Positions 13,106-25,950 of a DNA stretch of 64,000 bases are shown in pieces. Within the stretch, counting starts at the first letter, position 1. Every line of letters begins with the position of its first letter. This stretch comes from Stegostoma tigrinum (lineage: Eukaryota). Location of the stretch: the NCBI RefSeq assembly GCF_030684315.1, contig NC_081397.1, positions 2,418,001 through 2,482,000 of the forward strand. Reading direction: 5' to 3'. The notes beneath the pieces were generated by a model. It saw only the letters and a program-made list of their open reading frames with translations, was not told where the DNA came from and searched no databases. Position numbers and translations under genes: made by a program.

Positions 13106-13374
13106 GAATCCACTACTGTCAATGTTTAGCTCAGCAGTGTGGGTCAAGTTATTCTGATCTGAGCACTGCACTTTGATGAGATTCACTTTCAATTTCTAAA
13201 CTAATGGGGAGGTAATTTTGTCAGATGTCCAAGGGGTACTCTGAGGACTTGAATTTGAACCTTGCTGTGGCAGGTGATGGATTTTGAATTCAACTTTAAA
13301 CAAAGCAGATCTGGAGTTGAGATTTTAATGATGAACATTGTCAGGAACAAAGAACCATCTGGTTCACTTGTGAA

Positions 13375-16310
13375 GACTAACATGAGAAGGCATTTCTTCT
13401 CTAAGGGAGCTAGGAATCTTTGGAACTTCTTGCCACAGCGAACATGTGTATTTGTTGCATTGGGGGGAGGCAGATGTAAGGCTGGGATTGATAGATTCTT
13501 GATCAGCCAGGGAATCAAAGGAAAGGGCAGGAAAGTGGACACGAGGAATGGTGGATCAGCCACAGTCCAACAGAATGCAGGCTCGAGGGGCTGAATGGCC
13601 TCTTTCCATTCCTGTCTTTGATGGTCCTTTTCGGAGCGAAATCTGCCGTTCTTACCTGGTCCACTCTGCACTTTACTCTTATCACTTTGCGGACACCTCA
13701 TTCACTTGCTCGGCATGAAGGCAATCTGTCGGCGGACATTCTGAGATTGGCATCCATTGCCACCTTGGCAGAGCTGGCCACGCCCTGTTCAGAGTACAGA
13801 GAAATAACATTCATCATCGTCAGTTTTCGGCTTGTTCCAATGGTGTGCGTTTCTCAGAGGAATTGGTCTGTGTAATAACCCCAGATGTTCACAGCTCATC
13901 CTGTACACTCTCACTGTCTTCCAGATAAAGTGTTATTCTCACCACCCAGCCCCTCTGTCCCCCACGCTCACTGTCTGCCCCCTCTGTGCCTGTGCGCTCA
14001 CCACCCACCTCCTCTGAATATCCAGCTTGTAGACTTGACACAGAAATGGTTCATCCAGTTTAATGTTGATCAGCGAGAGGTTATCTGCTTTGGGAGCAAA
14101 ACCAGGAAAACAAATTGTTATCCAAAAGGTGACAGATAGGGATGCGGGGGCGCAATTAGACCTGGGAGTACCTCGTACACCAGTCACTGACAGTGAGCAT
14201 TGCAGCAGCAGCAGACGGTGAAGAAGGCAACAGGACGGTGGCCTTCATAGCGAGAGGGTTCGAGTCCAGGAGCAGGGCTGTCTTGCTGCAATTGTACAGG
14301 GAGAGACCACGTCCTGCAGTATTGTATGTGCAGTTTGGGGTCTCCATCTCTGAGGAAGGATGCCGTGGCTATGGAGGGAATGCAGCCGAGGTTTCCCAGA
14401 CTGATTCCTGGGATGGCAGGACTGATGGATAAGGAGAGGCTGGATCGATTAGCATTATATTCACTGGGGTTTGGAAGAATGTGGGGTCATCTCATAGAAA
14501 TCTATAAAATTTTAACAGGACTAAACAGTGGTAAACACAGATGTTGCTGATGGCCAGAGTAGGGGGCGAGGGTGCGTGAGTCCAGAATCAGGCAGTCACA
14601 GGCTAAAGGAGACGGGAAGGACTGAGATGGGGACAAATGTCTTCACCCAGCGGGATTCTCTGCCACACAAAGTGGTCAGGGCCAGAGCAGTGAATGCTGT
14701 TCAAGTAGTTGCATGGAGTTCTTCGGGGCGAAATGTCTTGTACAGCCACATAATAACATCCCAACTGCTACACTCAGTGTTAGAACTGAAAAAAGACAAG
14801 TGTTCCAAACTTGCTATCCACCCGTGACTCCACTTAATGGAACTATGTGTCTGGACCCCTCGATCCCTCTGTTTGACAACACTCCCCAGGGCCCTAGCCC
14901 CTGCACTGGTTTGGCTCACCAAAGATGCAACACCTCCATATTTGTCTAAATTAAACTCCACCCGCTAGTCCTCAGCCCATTGGCCCAGTTGATCAAGTTC
15001 CTGTTGTACTCTGAGATAATCACCTTCACTGTCCACGAGGCCAACAATTTTGCTCCTGCTCCTCATTTACTACGTTTCTGTATTGCCCTATTTTCAGGCT
15101 GATCAACCAGACCTGCGTCAGGTTTCTGCAGCTGACAAATGGCTAAGCTTTGTTGCCATTCTCTCAGCCAGACATCAATTCCAAAGATGAACTTGCCTTG
15201 AGAAACCATCTGAATAACTGTCTCACACATAACTCTGAGAGAGCCAATTTCTCCTGCTGTAGCATGATCTGACCCTTGATGGCAGGGATTTGAGATTTTG
15301 TGCTGTCCATTCCCAGCTTGAGTATCCATTTGATCTCCTGGTCAGTGGGTCAGGGCAGATAAGCCAATGAATTGAATCTACTCTGCATTTATTTTTTTTT
15401 AATTGTGGTGAGCTGGAAATAATTCTAGGCAGGATTGTTCTCCAGCTCTATCTAAATTAGCCTCTAAGTTCATCATTTTCAAACATACATCCAGCTCTCT
15501 TTTCATACCTCATATGGAATCCACCTCCACCACTCTCCCAGGCAGCACATTCCAAATCCGAACAACGTTCCGAGTAAAGATGTTTCTCCTCATCTCACTC
15601 CTAGCTGTCTTGGTGACAATCTTGAAATTGTGACCCTTGGTTACTGACATAGTGGAAACAGAGTATTGAACTTCACTCTCTCAAAATTCTTCATAATTGT
15701 GAACACGTCCATAAAGTTTCCTTTTAATCTTCTCTGCTCCAAGGGGAATGAGCCTGATTTCATTAATCTTTCCATGTAAGTAAAATCTTTCATTCCTGCT
15801 GTCATTCTCGTAATCTCCTTTGGACCCTCCCCAGAGGCTTCTTCCTTAAGTAAGGTGCCCAGAACTGAGAACAAACACAGTCTGAGCAATGTGGTCTTAG
15901 CAATGACTTGTAGAGATGTAGCATTACTTCCTTGTTTTGAGACTCAATGTCTCTATTTTTAAACTCAAAGATCCTTTGAAACTGCTTCACAACTGTTTCA
16001 ACTTGCCTGGCCACCTTCAGAGAATAATGCACATGAACCCCAAGATCTCTCTGCTCAATACTCCCCTCAAAGCTGTACCCTTAAGCTTGTATTGTCTCTC
16101 TGTGTTTTTATGAGCAAAATGCACAAGCTCATATTTTTTCTGCATTGAAATATATCTGCCAGGTCTCTGCCCATTTGGCCAACTTGTCAATGTACCTGTG
16201 AAGTCACTCAGTGTCATCCTCACAATTCACTCTTCTCCCTGGCTTAGTATCAACTGCACATTTAGAGATTTTATCCTCAACACCCAACTCCAAATCATTT
16301 ATATATAATC
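13375..16310. mobile_element. Old CR1 fragments (13375-13625 +, 14020-14700 +, 14700-15050 -, 15440-16310 -)
   Basis: FFSKGARNLWNFLPQ, RFPRLIPGMAGL, MEFNLDKY and EVMLHLYKSLLRPH in the ORF track. Confidence 0.7.
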
Positions 16311-16900
16311 AATACAGTTATCAATACATACCTGCCAGTTTCACCAAAGTCAATGGGTGAGTATATTTACCAGTCTGTTCTTGTTAGTTTCTGCACTGTG
16401 AATTAACAGAGGTTACCCTGTCTCTGTCAGTTTCTGCTGCGTAAGCATGAGTATAGTTACCAATGTATGCCTCTCTGTTTCTGTCTTGCAATTTGTAAAT
16501 GTTCTTATCAAAATATACCTCTCAGTTCCTGCTTGGTGAACGTGAGTGCTGTTACCAATATGTGTCTGTGAATTTCTGCTCTGTGAATAGGAGAGTCTAG
16601 TTATCAGACTGTCCTTATCACTTTATGCTCTGTGAAACTGGGAATGTAGTTATCATTATGACTGTCAGTTTTAGCTTTGTCAGTGAGAATGTAGTTTTTA
16701 ATCTCTCCCTGATAGTTACTGCAGTGTGAATGCCTGACTGAAATTAGCAGAAACCAAAAGAGACTGATAACTATAAACACATATTTACATTGTAGTAAAT
16801 GTGTCATCATCATCGGTTTGTGTGCTTCTTCGATATGCACAAATGGGTTTAGTTATTGATCTGTACATGTCAGTTTCTCCTCGTTTATCAAAATGGCTTA
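16310..16900 (+). repeat. Degenerate ~47-49 bp satellite array
   Basis: Recurrent agttatcaat..tacctgtcagtttctgc..gtgaat..gagtg motif. Confidence 0.7.
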
Positions 16901-17168
16901 GTTCTCTGAAAGCCAGTACTATTCTCTGTAACTGCATGATTCACACTGTGACAGTTATTGTTAGGATGTTGAGGCTGCATCTTAATCTCTTCTGCATTGC
17001 GTGATTTATGAGTTGAGTGTCAGTCCATGTGGTAGTTGAGGGGATGGAGAAGTTGAGGACATGGGGTGATAACAGGAGGGGAACTGCTTTATTCTGAGAA
17101 CCATTCTGATGAATGGTCACACATTTCTGATATGGTTAGAGAATGTGAGATCTGTGGCATCACTAATA

Positions 17169-18286
17169 TAGAACATAGAACATAGAACAGTACAGCACAG
17201 AACAGGCCCTTCAGCCCACAATGGTGTGCCGACCATTCATCCTCATGGATGCACCCTCAAATTTCTGTGACCATATGCATGTCCAGCAGTCTCTTAAATG
17301 ACCCCAAATGACCTTGCTTCCACAACTGCTGCTGGCAACGCATTCCATGCTCTCACAACTCTCTGTGTAAAGAACCCGCCTCTGACATCACCTCTATACT
17401 TTCCACCAACCAGCTTAAAACTATGACCCCTCATGCTAGCCATTTCTGCCCTGGGAAATAGTCTCTGGCTATCAACTCTATCTATGCCTCTCACTATCTT
17501 GTATACCTCAATTAGGTCCCCTCTCCTCCTCCTTTTCTCCAATGAAAAGAGACCGAGCTCAGTCAACCTCTCTTTATAAGATAAGCCCTCCAGTCCAGGA
17601 AGCATCCTGGTAAACCTCCTCTGAACCCTCTCCAAAGCATCCACATCTTTCCTATAATACGGCGACCAGAACTGGACGCAGTATTCCAAGTGCGGTCTAA
17701 CCAAAGTTTTATAGAGCTGCAACAAGATCTCACGACTCTTAAACTCAATCCCCCTGTTAATGAAAGCCAAAACACCATATGCTTTCTTAACAACCCTGTC
17801 CACTTGGGTGGCCATTTTAAGGGATCTATGTATCTGCACACCAAGATCCCTCTGTTCCTCCACACTGCCAAGAATCCTATCCTTGGTCCTGTACTCAGCT
17901 TTCAAATTCGACCTTCCAAAATGCATTACCTCGCATTTATCCAGGTTGAACTCCATCTGCCACCTCTCAGCCCATCTCTGCATCCTGTCAATGTCCCGCT
18001 GCAGCCTACAGCAGCCCTCTATACTGTCAACGACACCTCCGACCTTTGTATCGTCTGCAAACTTGCTGACCCTTCCTTCAATCCCCTCATCCAAGTCATT
18101 AATAAAAATTACGAGCAGTAGAGGCCTAAGGGCAGAGCCCTGTGGAACCCCACTCACCACTGACTTCCAGGCAGAATATTTTCCTTCTACTACTACTCGC
18201 TGTCTTCTGTTGGCCAGCTAATTCTATATCCAAGCAGCTAAGTTCCCCTGTATCCCATTCCTCCTGACCTTCTGAATGAGCCTACC
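17169..18286 (-). mobile_element. Young 5'-truncated CR1 LINE, same family as 4757-6881
   Basis: Nearly identical to 4757-5867. ORF 17294..18160 contains KFADDTK. Same tagaaca tail. Confidence 0.92.
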
Positions 18287-18459
18287 AATACAACTGCTCG
18301 TTTCTCACCGAAATCAGAATCACAGATATGGTACAGCACAGAGGTATACAAAATGAACAGAGGTAGAGATAGAGGAGTGGAGTTAGCTTTGACGAGGGGT
18401 CATGGTTTTAAAGTGAAAGGAGGTAGATATCGGGGAGACGTCAGAGGTAGGTTCTTTGC

Positions 18460-18880
18460 TCAATGTGTACCTGTCAGTTATTACTCTGTGAATTTGTATC
18501 TAATAATAATATTCTTCATGTCAGTATTTGCAACATAAATGTGTGAGCATATGTCTCCACCACTCCCTGTCAGTTAGTAGTTATCAATTATCAACCTGTA
18601 CCTGTCAGTTTCTGGGTTTTGAATGGGAAATGAATTTCTCATTCTCTCCTAGTCAGTTTATGCTGTGTAAATGGGCAAGAAAAATGATCAGTCCTTGCCT
18701 GTCAGTTTCTGCTGTTTGAATACGAATGTCATGATAAAACTGTACCCATCAGTTCCTGCCATGTGAATGTGAGTTTTAACATCAGCTTTCTTTTGTCTGT
18801 TTCTGGAATGTCAACGAGTCGTCGTAGATATCAATCTGTACCTGTCAGTTTTTACTGTTGTGTATCAATGTGCCTTGATT
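18460..18880 (+). repeat. Degenerate ~47-49 bp satellite array
   Basis: tgtacctgtcagtt recurs, e.g. at ~18466, ~18597 and ~18837. Confidence 0.75.
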
Positions 18881-21217
18881 CTCTGGAAATCAGTAATATT
18901 CTCTTTGACTGAGAGATACATTCTGATATAGCTATTAGGGTGTCCAGACAGGCTATTAATCTCTTCTGCATTTTGTGACTTCTGCATTTACTGTCAGTTG
19001 GCAGGATCTAGGAAGGGTCATAGAAGTGGGGCTGCTTTCCTCTGAGAACCACTCTGAATCAGTAACACGTTTTCTAGTTTGCGTGCTGAGTGTGGGTTTT
19101 CTATACCGGACGTCCCGAATGCTGGTTCTGTGTGTCAGTACGGGATCTTTTTTCTGGGTTCTGTAGTATCAATGAGATATTTAGATTCATTTTCTGTTGG
19201 ACATTTTTAGTGCTCTTTCATTAAAGAGAGTTATGTTCTGCACCTATCTGTCTATTTCTACATTATATATTTATACTAATACTCTAAACAACAGAATGTC
19301 ATTTCCTTCATCACCAGGATCAGAATCAGGATGAGGTGCAGTGCAGAAGTAGACCATTCTGCCCATTGTGCTTGCACTGGGACATTCTATTCTGCATACT
19401 AGTTTCCAGTAGTTGGTGAGAACGTGAGCTTCTTCCACTCACTCCTCGTGTCTATCTGGTAGTGCCAACTTGACATTAATTCTGTAGTTATCAGCCTTTG
19501 AATAGCTGGAATGCCAGCTTTGCGATGTCTGCAACAGTCTCAGGTACTGTATATGGATTTCATTCTCCTTTCCTGTTCATTTGTGGTTTTGTATCTGAAT
19601 GCAGCATAAACTCTGCAGATATTCACTGACCCTGTATGATTGAGGGATTAATTTTGCACTGACATTTGTCCTTACCAGTGAGGCTTAATTTCGTTGCATT
19701 CAATCTCAGTTTTTTTCTTTTAATTTGAGTGCACAGTGGACTTTGTCAATCATAACTAGACAATGTAACAAATAAACATCGAACACCAAATCTCCTCTCT
19801 GTTGTGATTGGTGAGTTTGTGCATCAGTTTACATTTGTCCATATCTGGAAATCTGTGTAAGGATAAATTTCATTGTCTTCCTTTCGTCATTCAATGGCTG
19901 GCTGTGAGCGAGTTTTCTTGCATGCTCCTCGTCAATATATCTTTAAAGACTGTTACTGATTTATGTCACACTGACTGTTTCTGTATGTCTCCTTGTGTTT
20001 CTAGCTCATGTCATGTCATCATCTGATACTCCTCATAAGGTGTGATTCATGTACTGTAAAACAGCTTTTTCATACATTGACTCTTGCAGAAACATGTCCA
20101 CTCTTTCTCAGTCTCTTGACCAGAATGTCAGCATGGATGAAGTGAGTTTTCATCAGTACTTTATTCAGTCTCTGGTATTATCTGTTAATCTGCTTCTCAT
20201 TATTTGTCGTTGTATTTCACAGTGCATGAGTATCTTTTTAAAATGAACACATCACTTTCAGAAGTTGCAGGAGTGTGTTTGATTTTTCTAATCTCTACTG
20301 CTCAACATGAATGAGTCTTCATCTAATCCACTCAGTGTCAGGGCCTAAAAGTGAAGGCATTTCTCACTTTGTCAGTCTCTGATTGTGCGTTTATTCTAGA
20401 TTGGTCAGTCCCTGGTCTGAACGTGCATTCCAAATTTTGCTCATGTGACTGGCATCCAACAGAAAAGAACATGGAAACTAACATGAGTGTACTAGGGAAG
20501 GTCGAGAGTAACTTCAAACCCTTTGTAGAAATTTGAAAACAAAATGAAAGGAGATGTACAATGTTTCTTGTTGGACTGAAGGAAAAATTAAAAGCAATGT
20601 TAAATCCTGTAAGGTGAAGAAATGGAGAATAATGTTGCCATAAGGGTGAGGACAGCAGTTCCTCTGCAGCCTCGATACATTCATAGAAATAGAATGCTGA
20701 CTGATTGGGTTTAGTGTTGTTAGCTGTTTTTCATTGGCGCAGACCCAAAGGGCCTTTTTCTGTGCTGCAGACTTCGATAACTTGAGGTTGTTTGGGGAGA
20801 TCACTTTGAATGTACCATTTTCTGTGATTTGCAGCGTATACAGAACGTTTGGTTGTTCCATATTGCAACATGCACCTTTGGACAGTGAGAGTGTGTGTGT
20901 GTGAGTCAGAGGGTTAGAATTATTCCACAAAGAATTAATTCTGTCCTTCTCATTTACTGATAAGCTTCATAAAAACGTGTTTCATCCAAGTTAGTAACTC
21001 TTGTCCTCTCAGTGAGCAGTTTCTTCCCATTTCTGCACTGAACTGAGGTATGGCTGTTGCCACTATGTTACAGCATGATCTATTTGTTTGTCTTGATTTG
21101 AAGTTTGAAAATGCCCTTAGTCAGTGCAGATTTAATGCTGTTCCCGAGTGTCTGTTCCAGATGACCGTTCAGTCTATCAATCTTCAAAACCGGTGTCAAT
21201 GTCAATGGGCTACATAC

Positions 21218-21299
21218 CTGCTGATTGTTAGAAGCAGCTAGTCACACATGGCTTTCTACCGAGGAAATATGATAACATCCAGGTCCTTCCAGTATTTGC
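21218..21299 (-). other. Putative 82-nt non-coding exon 2 of module A
   Basis: Minus strand: tctctcttcctccAG | 82 nt | GTATGT. All three frames contain stops. Confidence 0.55.
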
Positions 21300-21351
21300 C
21301 TGGAGGAAGAGAGAATACACGCTTCCTGTAAAACCCTGAAAATGTGAGATA

Positions 21352-21462
21352 GTAGGAACGGCGGATGCTGGAGAATCCGAGATAACAAGGCGGAGAGCTG
21401 GACGAACATAGCAGGACAAGCAGCTTGGCTGCTGTCTTCATCCAGTTCTACACCTTGTTATA
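21352..21462. mobile_element. Short fold-back PLE-terminus mini-element
   Basis: ataacaaggcggagagctggacgaacatagcag is followed by an imperfect reverse complement ending ..ctacaccttgttat. Confidence 0.65.
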
Positions 21463-21509
21463 CAGAAAGTCTGGCAATATTTCCACTGTTGACGGCACAA
21501 TATCTAAAA

Positions 21510-21945
21510 ACAGCGTGAAACAGAAGCTAATCGATGAATTTCCATCAGTGCTGAGAGGATAAAAAATACCACAAGACTGACCCCCAGCAGCTTCTTGCCG
21601 CTGTGTCTCCCTCAGCAGGCCCACACACAGCCCGAGAAAGGCCTCTCTCTCCCCGCCCCCAGGCCGCTCTCTCTCCAAGTTCCGGGGCCAGTTCCTGCCC
21701 CGCTCGGCCTCTTACCAACAGCCCCCGGTTCTCCCTGAACTGAGCCCGAATCAATGCCGCTCTCGGAGCCCCCCTCTGTGTCCCAGACTCACATCTCGAT
21801 ACGCTGCCGGAAGGAGCCTGCTGCTCCCTCGCTTCCCTGGGCGCTGGTCTCTCCATTGCGGTCTGTTTCAAACAAACCTCTTCCACTCACTGAGCAAATG
21901 CCCCTCAATGACAGCGCAGAGGGAGGGCCTCACGCATGCGCTGCT
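21510..21945 (-). promoter_or_regulatory. GC-rich module A: NRF1-type site, putative exon 1 and 5' splice donor
   Basis: ACGCATGCGC at 21932-21941. GTGAGT donor (minus) at 21787-21792. About 96% identical to 48696-49070 by eye count. Confidence 0.65.
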
Positions 21946-22189
21946 CTGGGTTGTGTGTGACAAAGGGACAGGGCAGTGCAATGTGTCTGGTGGGATGCTG
22001 TTCAGAGGGTCGGTGTGGGCTTTTAGTTGGTCTGAATTGTCTGTTTCCACACTCTAGGGATTGTATGATGATTCTATGAAGTTTGCTGCAAATTAGGTGC
22101 ATAAATGTGAACTATATGCTAATGTTTTGATCTGCTCATATAAACTACTTTCCTGTTTTCATATAGAATAAACGTTAGACTATAATTTT

Positions 22190-22375
22190 GAATGCTCCGG
22201 TTTCCTCCCACAGTCCAAAGGTGTGCAAACTAGGCGGGTTGGCTGTGCTAAATTGCCCGTGGTGCCCAGGGATGTTTAGGTTAGGTGGGTTAAGCACGAG
22301 ATATAAAGGGTAGAGGAATAGGTCTGGGTCTGCTCTTCAGAGGGGCGATGGGGACTTGTTGGACCAAATGGCCTG
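22190..22375 (+). mobile_element. HE1/V-SINE fragment
   Basis: tgctccggtttcctcccacagtccaaaggtgtgc V-domain core. Confidence 0.7.
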
Positions 22376-22389
22376 GAGGGGTTTTGTGT

Positions 22390-22935
22390 GTGGCAGCATC
22401 TTCAAAGGAAAAAGAAACAAAATTAACATTCTGGATCCCGTGACCTTTACGCAAAACTGATGGTGGCCGGGGAAACGTCAGTTTATATCCAGAAGCAAAA
22501 GGAGAGTGTGATGGGGTTTGGAATAAATGATAGGATAGAGCCTAACAGAGAGAAGAACATTTGGTCAGAGTTGTTGACGATCAGGCTGGGAGGTTAAATA
22601 GTAGTTAATGGGGACTATTAGTGACTGACAGTAGGTGGTGGATAATGGCAGGGTATGTGGTAACAAGGCATTGTGAGGGGTAGAGTTTGGGCACAAAAAT
22701 TATTCATCTCGATATTAAGTCTGGAGGGCTGCAGGGTCCCCAAGTGGAAGATGAGGTGTTGTTCTTCTAGCTTGTGTTGAGCTTCAATGGAACTCTACAG
22801 AAAGACAGAGATGTTGGACTGGGAACGAGGTGGTGTATTAAAGTGTCAGGCAACAGGAATTTCAAGGTCTTTTTTGCAAGCAGTACATAGATGCTCTTCA
22901 AAATGATGAGCCAGTCTATGCTTTGTTTCACAACT
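22390..22935 (-). mobile_element. Decayed PLE 3' fragment (second subfamily)
   Basis: Minus-strand ETKHRLAHHFEEHL (22846..23043) and a HLIFHLGTLQP-like GIY-YIG tail. Confidence 0.6.
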
Positions 22936-24042
22936 GGATGTTTTAAGAGAATTTGGACAGTCTTTGTTACTGGGCAAGAATGATGCAGACTTTTCAAAGA
23001 AAAAAAAATGCCGGGTGTGGGCATCACTGACTGGTCTGAGCATTGATTGGCCCTCCTGAAATGCGCGTCAGAAGGTGGTAGTGAACTGCCTTCCTGAACC
23101 ATTGAATCTCTGCTCTGTCGGTCGACCCACATTGCCGGTAGTAAGGGAATTGCAGGATTTTCACGGATTGACACAGGCTGAATGGCCAATATATTTCCAA
23201 GTCAGGATGGTGAGTGGCTTGCAGAAGATCTTGCAGATCATGCTGTTCCCGTGAACCTGCTGCTGTTGTCTTTCAAGATGGAAGTAGTTGTGGGTTTGGA
23301 AGGTGCTGTCTAATTTTATGTTTGAGAGAGTGGATGTTTGTGAATGTGGTACCAATTAAACAGGAGCAGCTTTTTCATGGATAGTATCTCGCTTGCCGTG
23401 TGCAATTGGAGCAGCACTAACACATGACTTAAATGTTGGAGATTTTGGACAGGTTTGAGAAATCAGGAGGTAAGTTACTTGCTGCAGTATCCATAGCCTT
23501 AGACCTGCTCTTGTTGCCACTGCATTTATTGGGTGAGTCCAGTTCAGCTTGTGGTTCATGGTAGCTTCCAGGATGTTGATAGTGGAGGACACAATGATGC
23601 TGAGGCCCAAGTCAAAGGATGCCTTCCTGCACGTCTCTGTGATGCAGTTTTACACTCACACACTGATCAGGCTTGATATAGCCTCCATCCACCCTAACAG
23701 CAAGTTCCATCACAACAATCCCCACTACAATCCCAAATCTCTATGGTATTGTATCGATTAATGTGTGATAGTGAACAGAATTGGACATGTTGCACTGACC
23801 CTGAGAACAATACTCCTGTATTACAGCAAAGCAGTCAATGTTCCTTCTCCTCTCGGAAAGTCTGCCCAGGCACACACTCACTTTGACGAGAGGTTAGCTA
23901 CATCTCCCCATGCTGAGAAACTGCACGGTCTGTGTGTCTATGTTTAGTGGAGAACAGCTGATCTCCGCTGGGATTGATTTTGTAATGTTCACTGTCAGAG
24001 CAGGAGGAGCAAATACAATTGAAAACATTGGAAAGGTTCACT

Positions 24043-24215
24043 AAAGTGAAGGCCAAGCTGATAGTGAAAGTGACCAAGAAAGCAGCAAAGAAATGAACCC
24101 ATAGGTGCAACATGTAACCATCTGAACCCAAAGGCTCCTGTCAGAGACACCGATATGTCTCAGGAAAGAGCTGAGCCCGGCTCAAAGGGTCCCTGTCCTG
24201 GTTCCGAGTGGAGAC
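24043..24215 (+). pseudogene. H1: Histone H1 relic: last codons, broken stem-loop, intact downstream element
   Basis: 24066-24096 is identical over 31 nt to H1 55278-55308 (..KVTKKAAKK*). Stem-loop decayed to ggctcctgtcagagac (24133-24148). caggaaagagctgag at 24161-24175 is kept. Confidence 0.85.
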
Positions 24216-24359
24216 GTAGGCATTAATTAATTTGAATTACTCAAAGCACGCTTTCTTGGCTCCATTTACACCAGTTCCTCTCGCACATTCTACAATGAAT
24301 CAGTGTGAGGACACCCCCTCTCATTTTTACTGACCATCAGTTCGGGTGCACTTGCAGTT

Positions 24360-25095
24360 CAGGAACAAAAACAAAGTTACTGGAAATGCTCAGCAGATTT
24401 GGCAGCATCTATGGAGGGGAAAAAAGTGAACATTTCAGGTCCGATGACCCTTCCTCAGAACTGGATGCAGAGAGATAAAGCTGAGGCCTTTGCTGAGTAC
24501 AGAGCGTTCAGCATCAGAGAGCAGAAGGTTAGGAGGGATGGCCAATACCGGACATGATGTGGGGTGTTTGTGGGAAGGGATAGAGTCAGAGGGAAGGGAA
24601 GGAGCGGTAGGTTCCAGACAGCCATTGGTATTTTTGAGTTGATGCATCTTGTGGGCCTGATTGCCTGATCGGACAAGAAAAAAAATTCCTTGTTAGTCTG
24701 ACGAATGAGCCGGAGGATGAAGTGGAACTGAGGACTGGTACAGCTCTGAGCCAGTGTGTTACGATGCTGTTGGAGAGAGAGGTTGAGAGTATGCATGTGC
24801 CGCCGCATCGCATTGAGGGCGGATCTCAGAATGTGGCCAGAGCTGCCGTCCGTGGAACGTTGAACATCATGGTGATATCTATGATCCTAGGAGGATTCAA
24901 AACATGAGGGATGAAACTTGAGTTGGAATCCACGTGGTGTGAGTCTGAGCCGGAGGCAGTCACTGAGGAATGTGATATGGCTGTGGAAAGTGATATTGGC
25001 TGGATGAAGAGTCTCGGCCCGAAATATCAGCTTTTGTGCTCCTAAGATGCTGCTTGGCCAGCTGTGTTCATCCAGCCCCACACTTTGTTATCATG
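24360..25095. mobile_element. PLE fragments: N-terminal ORF part (-) between two terminal repeats
   Basis: LSDAERSVLSKGLSF (24435..24647) and FLSDCLRLRLTPRGFQLKF (24887..25081). Decayed hammerhead cores at ~24430-24458 (-) and ~25000-25030 (+). Confidence 0.65.
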
Positions 25096-25475
25096 GCTGT
25101 GGAAAAGTCAGTTTCAGTTCCTGTCCGTTTCTATTTTACACATTCAGGGAGAGAGTAACACTGGCGCAGAAACCCCGCTTCATAACACAGCCCTCAAGAA
25201 TTGATTTTGTGTGATTCAGCTGGAGCAATGGAAACTGACACTGTCGTATTCTACAGCATCTGCAGTTTCTGCTATCTTTGAAATGGAAGCTGACATGCTG
25301 TCTCCTGAAAGAAAGGCCGGCACATGAGCGTTTAATTGTATCACAACTGCTTTTAAAAGTTCCACGTTTTTTATCTTCGAACATGAAGCTTGAGTCGTAG
25401 CTGGAGGCGGAGCTGGACATTTCTCTGTCTGTCACTTAGTTTCCTGCCCGGGCCGCCTCTCCCTCTCTGTCAGCT

Positions 25476-25508
25476 CTTTCTCAGTCAGGTCGGGGCGGGC
25501 TGTATAAA
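25476..25508 (+). promoter_or_regulatory. H4 promoter: site-II-like element, GC box and TATA
   Basis: ctttctcagtcaggtcg resembles the vertebrate H4 TCAATCTGGTCC element. ggggcggg follows, then tataaa at 25503-25508. Confidence 0.65.
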
Positions 25509-25556
25509 GAAGGAAGGTGAGGCAGCTCGGCTCTCACTCGGCAGCGATTGCAGTGA

Positions 25557-25877
<321 letters not shown>

Positions 25878-25907
25878 GCAACTCGTCCCTTTTCCAGCGA
25901 ACCCAAA

Positions 25908-25950
25908 GGCTCTTTTCAGAGCCACCCAAACCCTCCGATTGAGAGCGGAG
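25908..25950 (+). terminator. Histone 3' stem-loop and downstream element (H4)
   Basis: GGCTCT-TTTC-AGAGCC at 25908-25923, then ACCCA. Purine-rich gagagcgg at 25941. Confidence 0.95.

Noticed and set aside
21545-21886. ORFs MEEVCLKQTAMERPAPRE.. (also 48576..49013) as a protein family
   Set aside because: Copy C has in-frame TAG stops, the frame crosses a strong splice donor, and GC-rich sequence yields such ORFs by chance.
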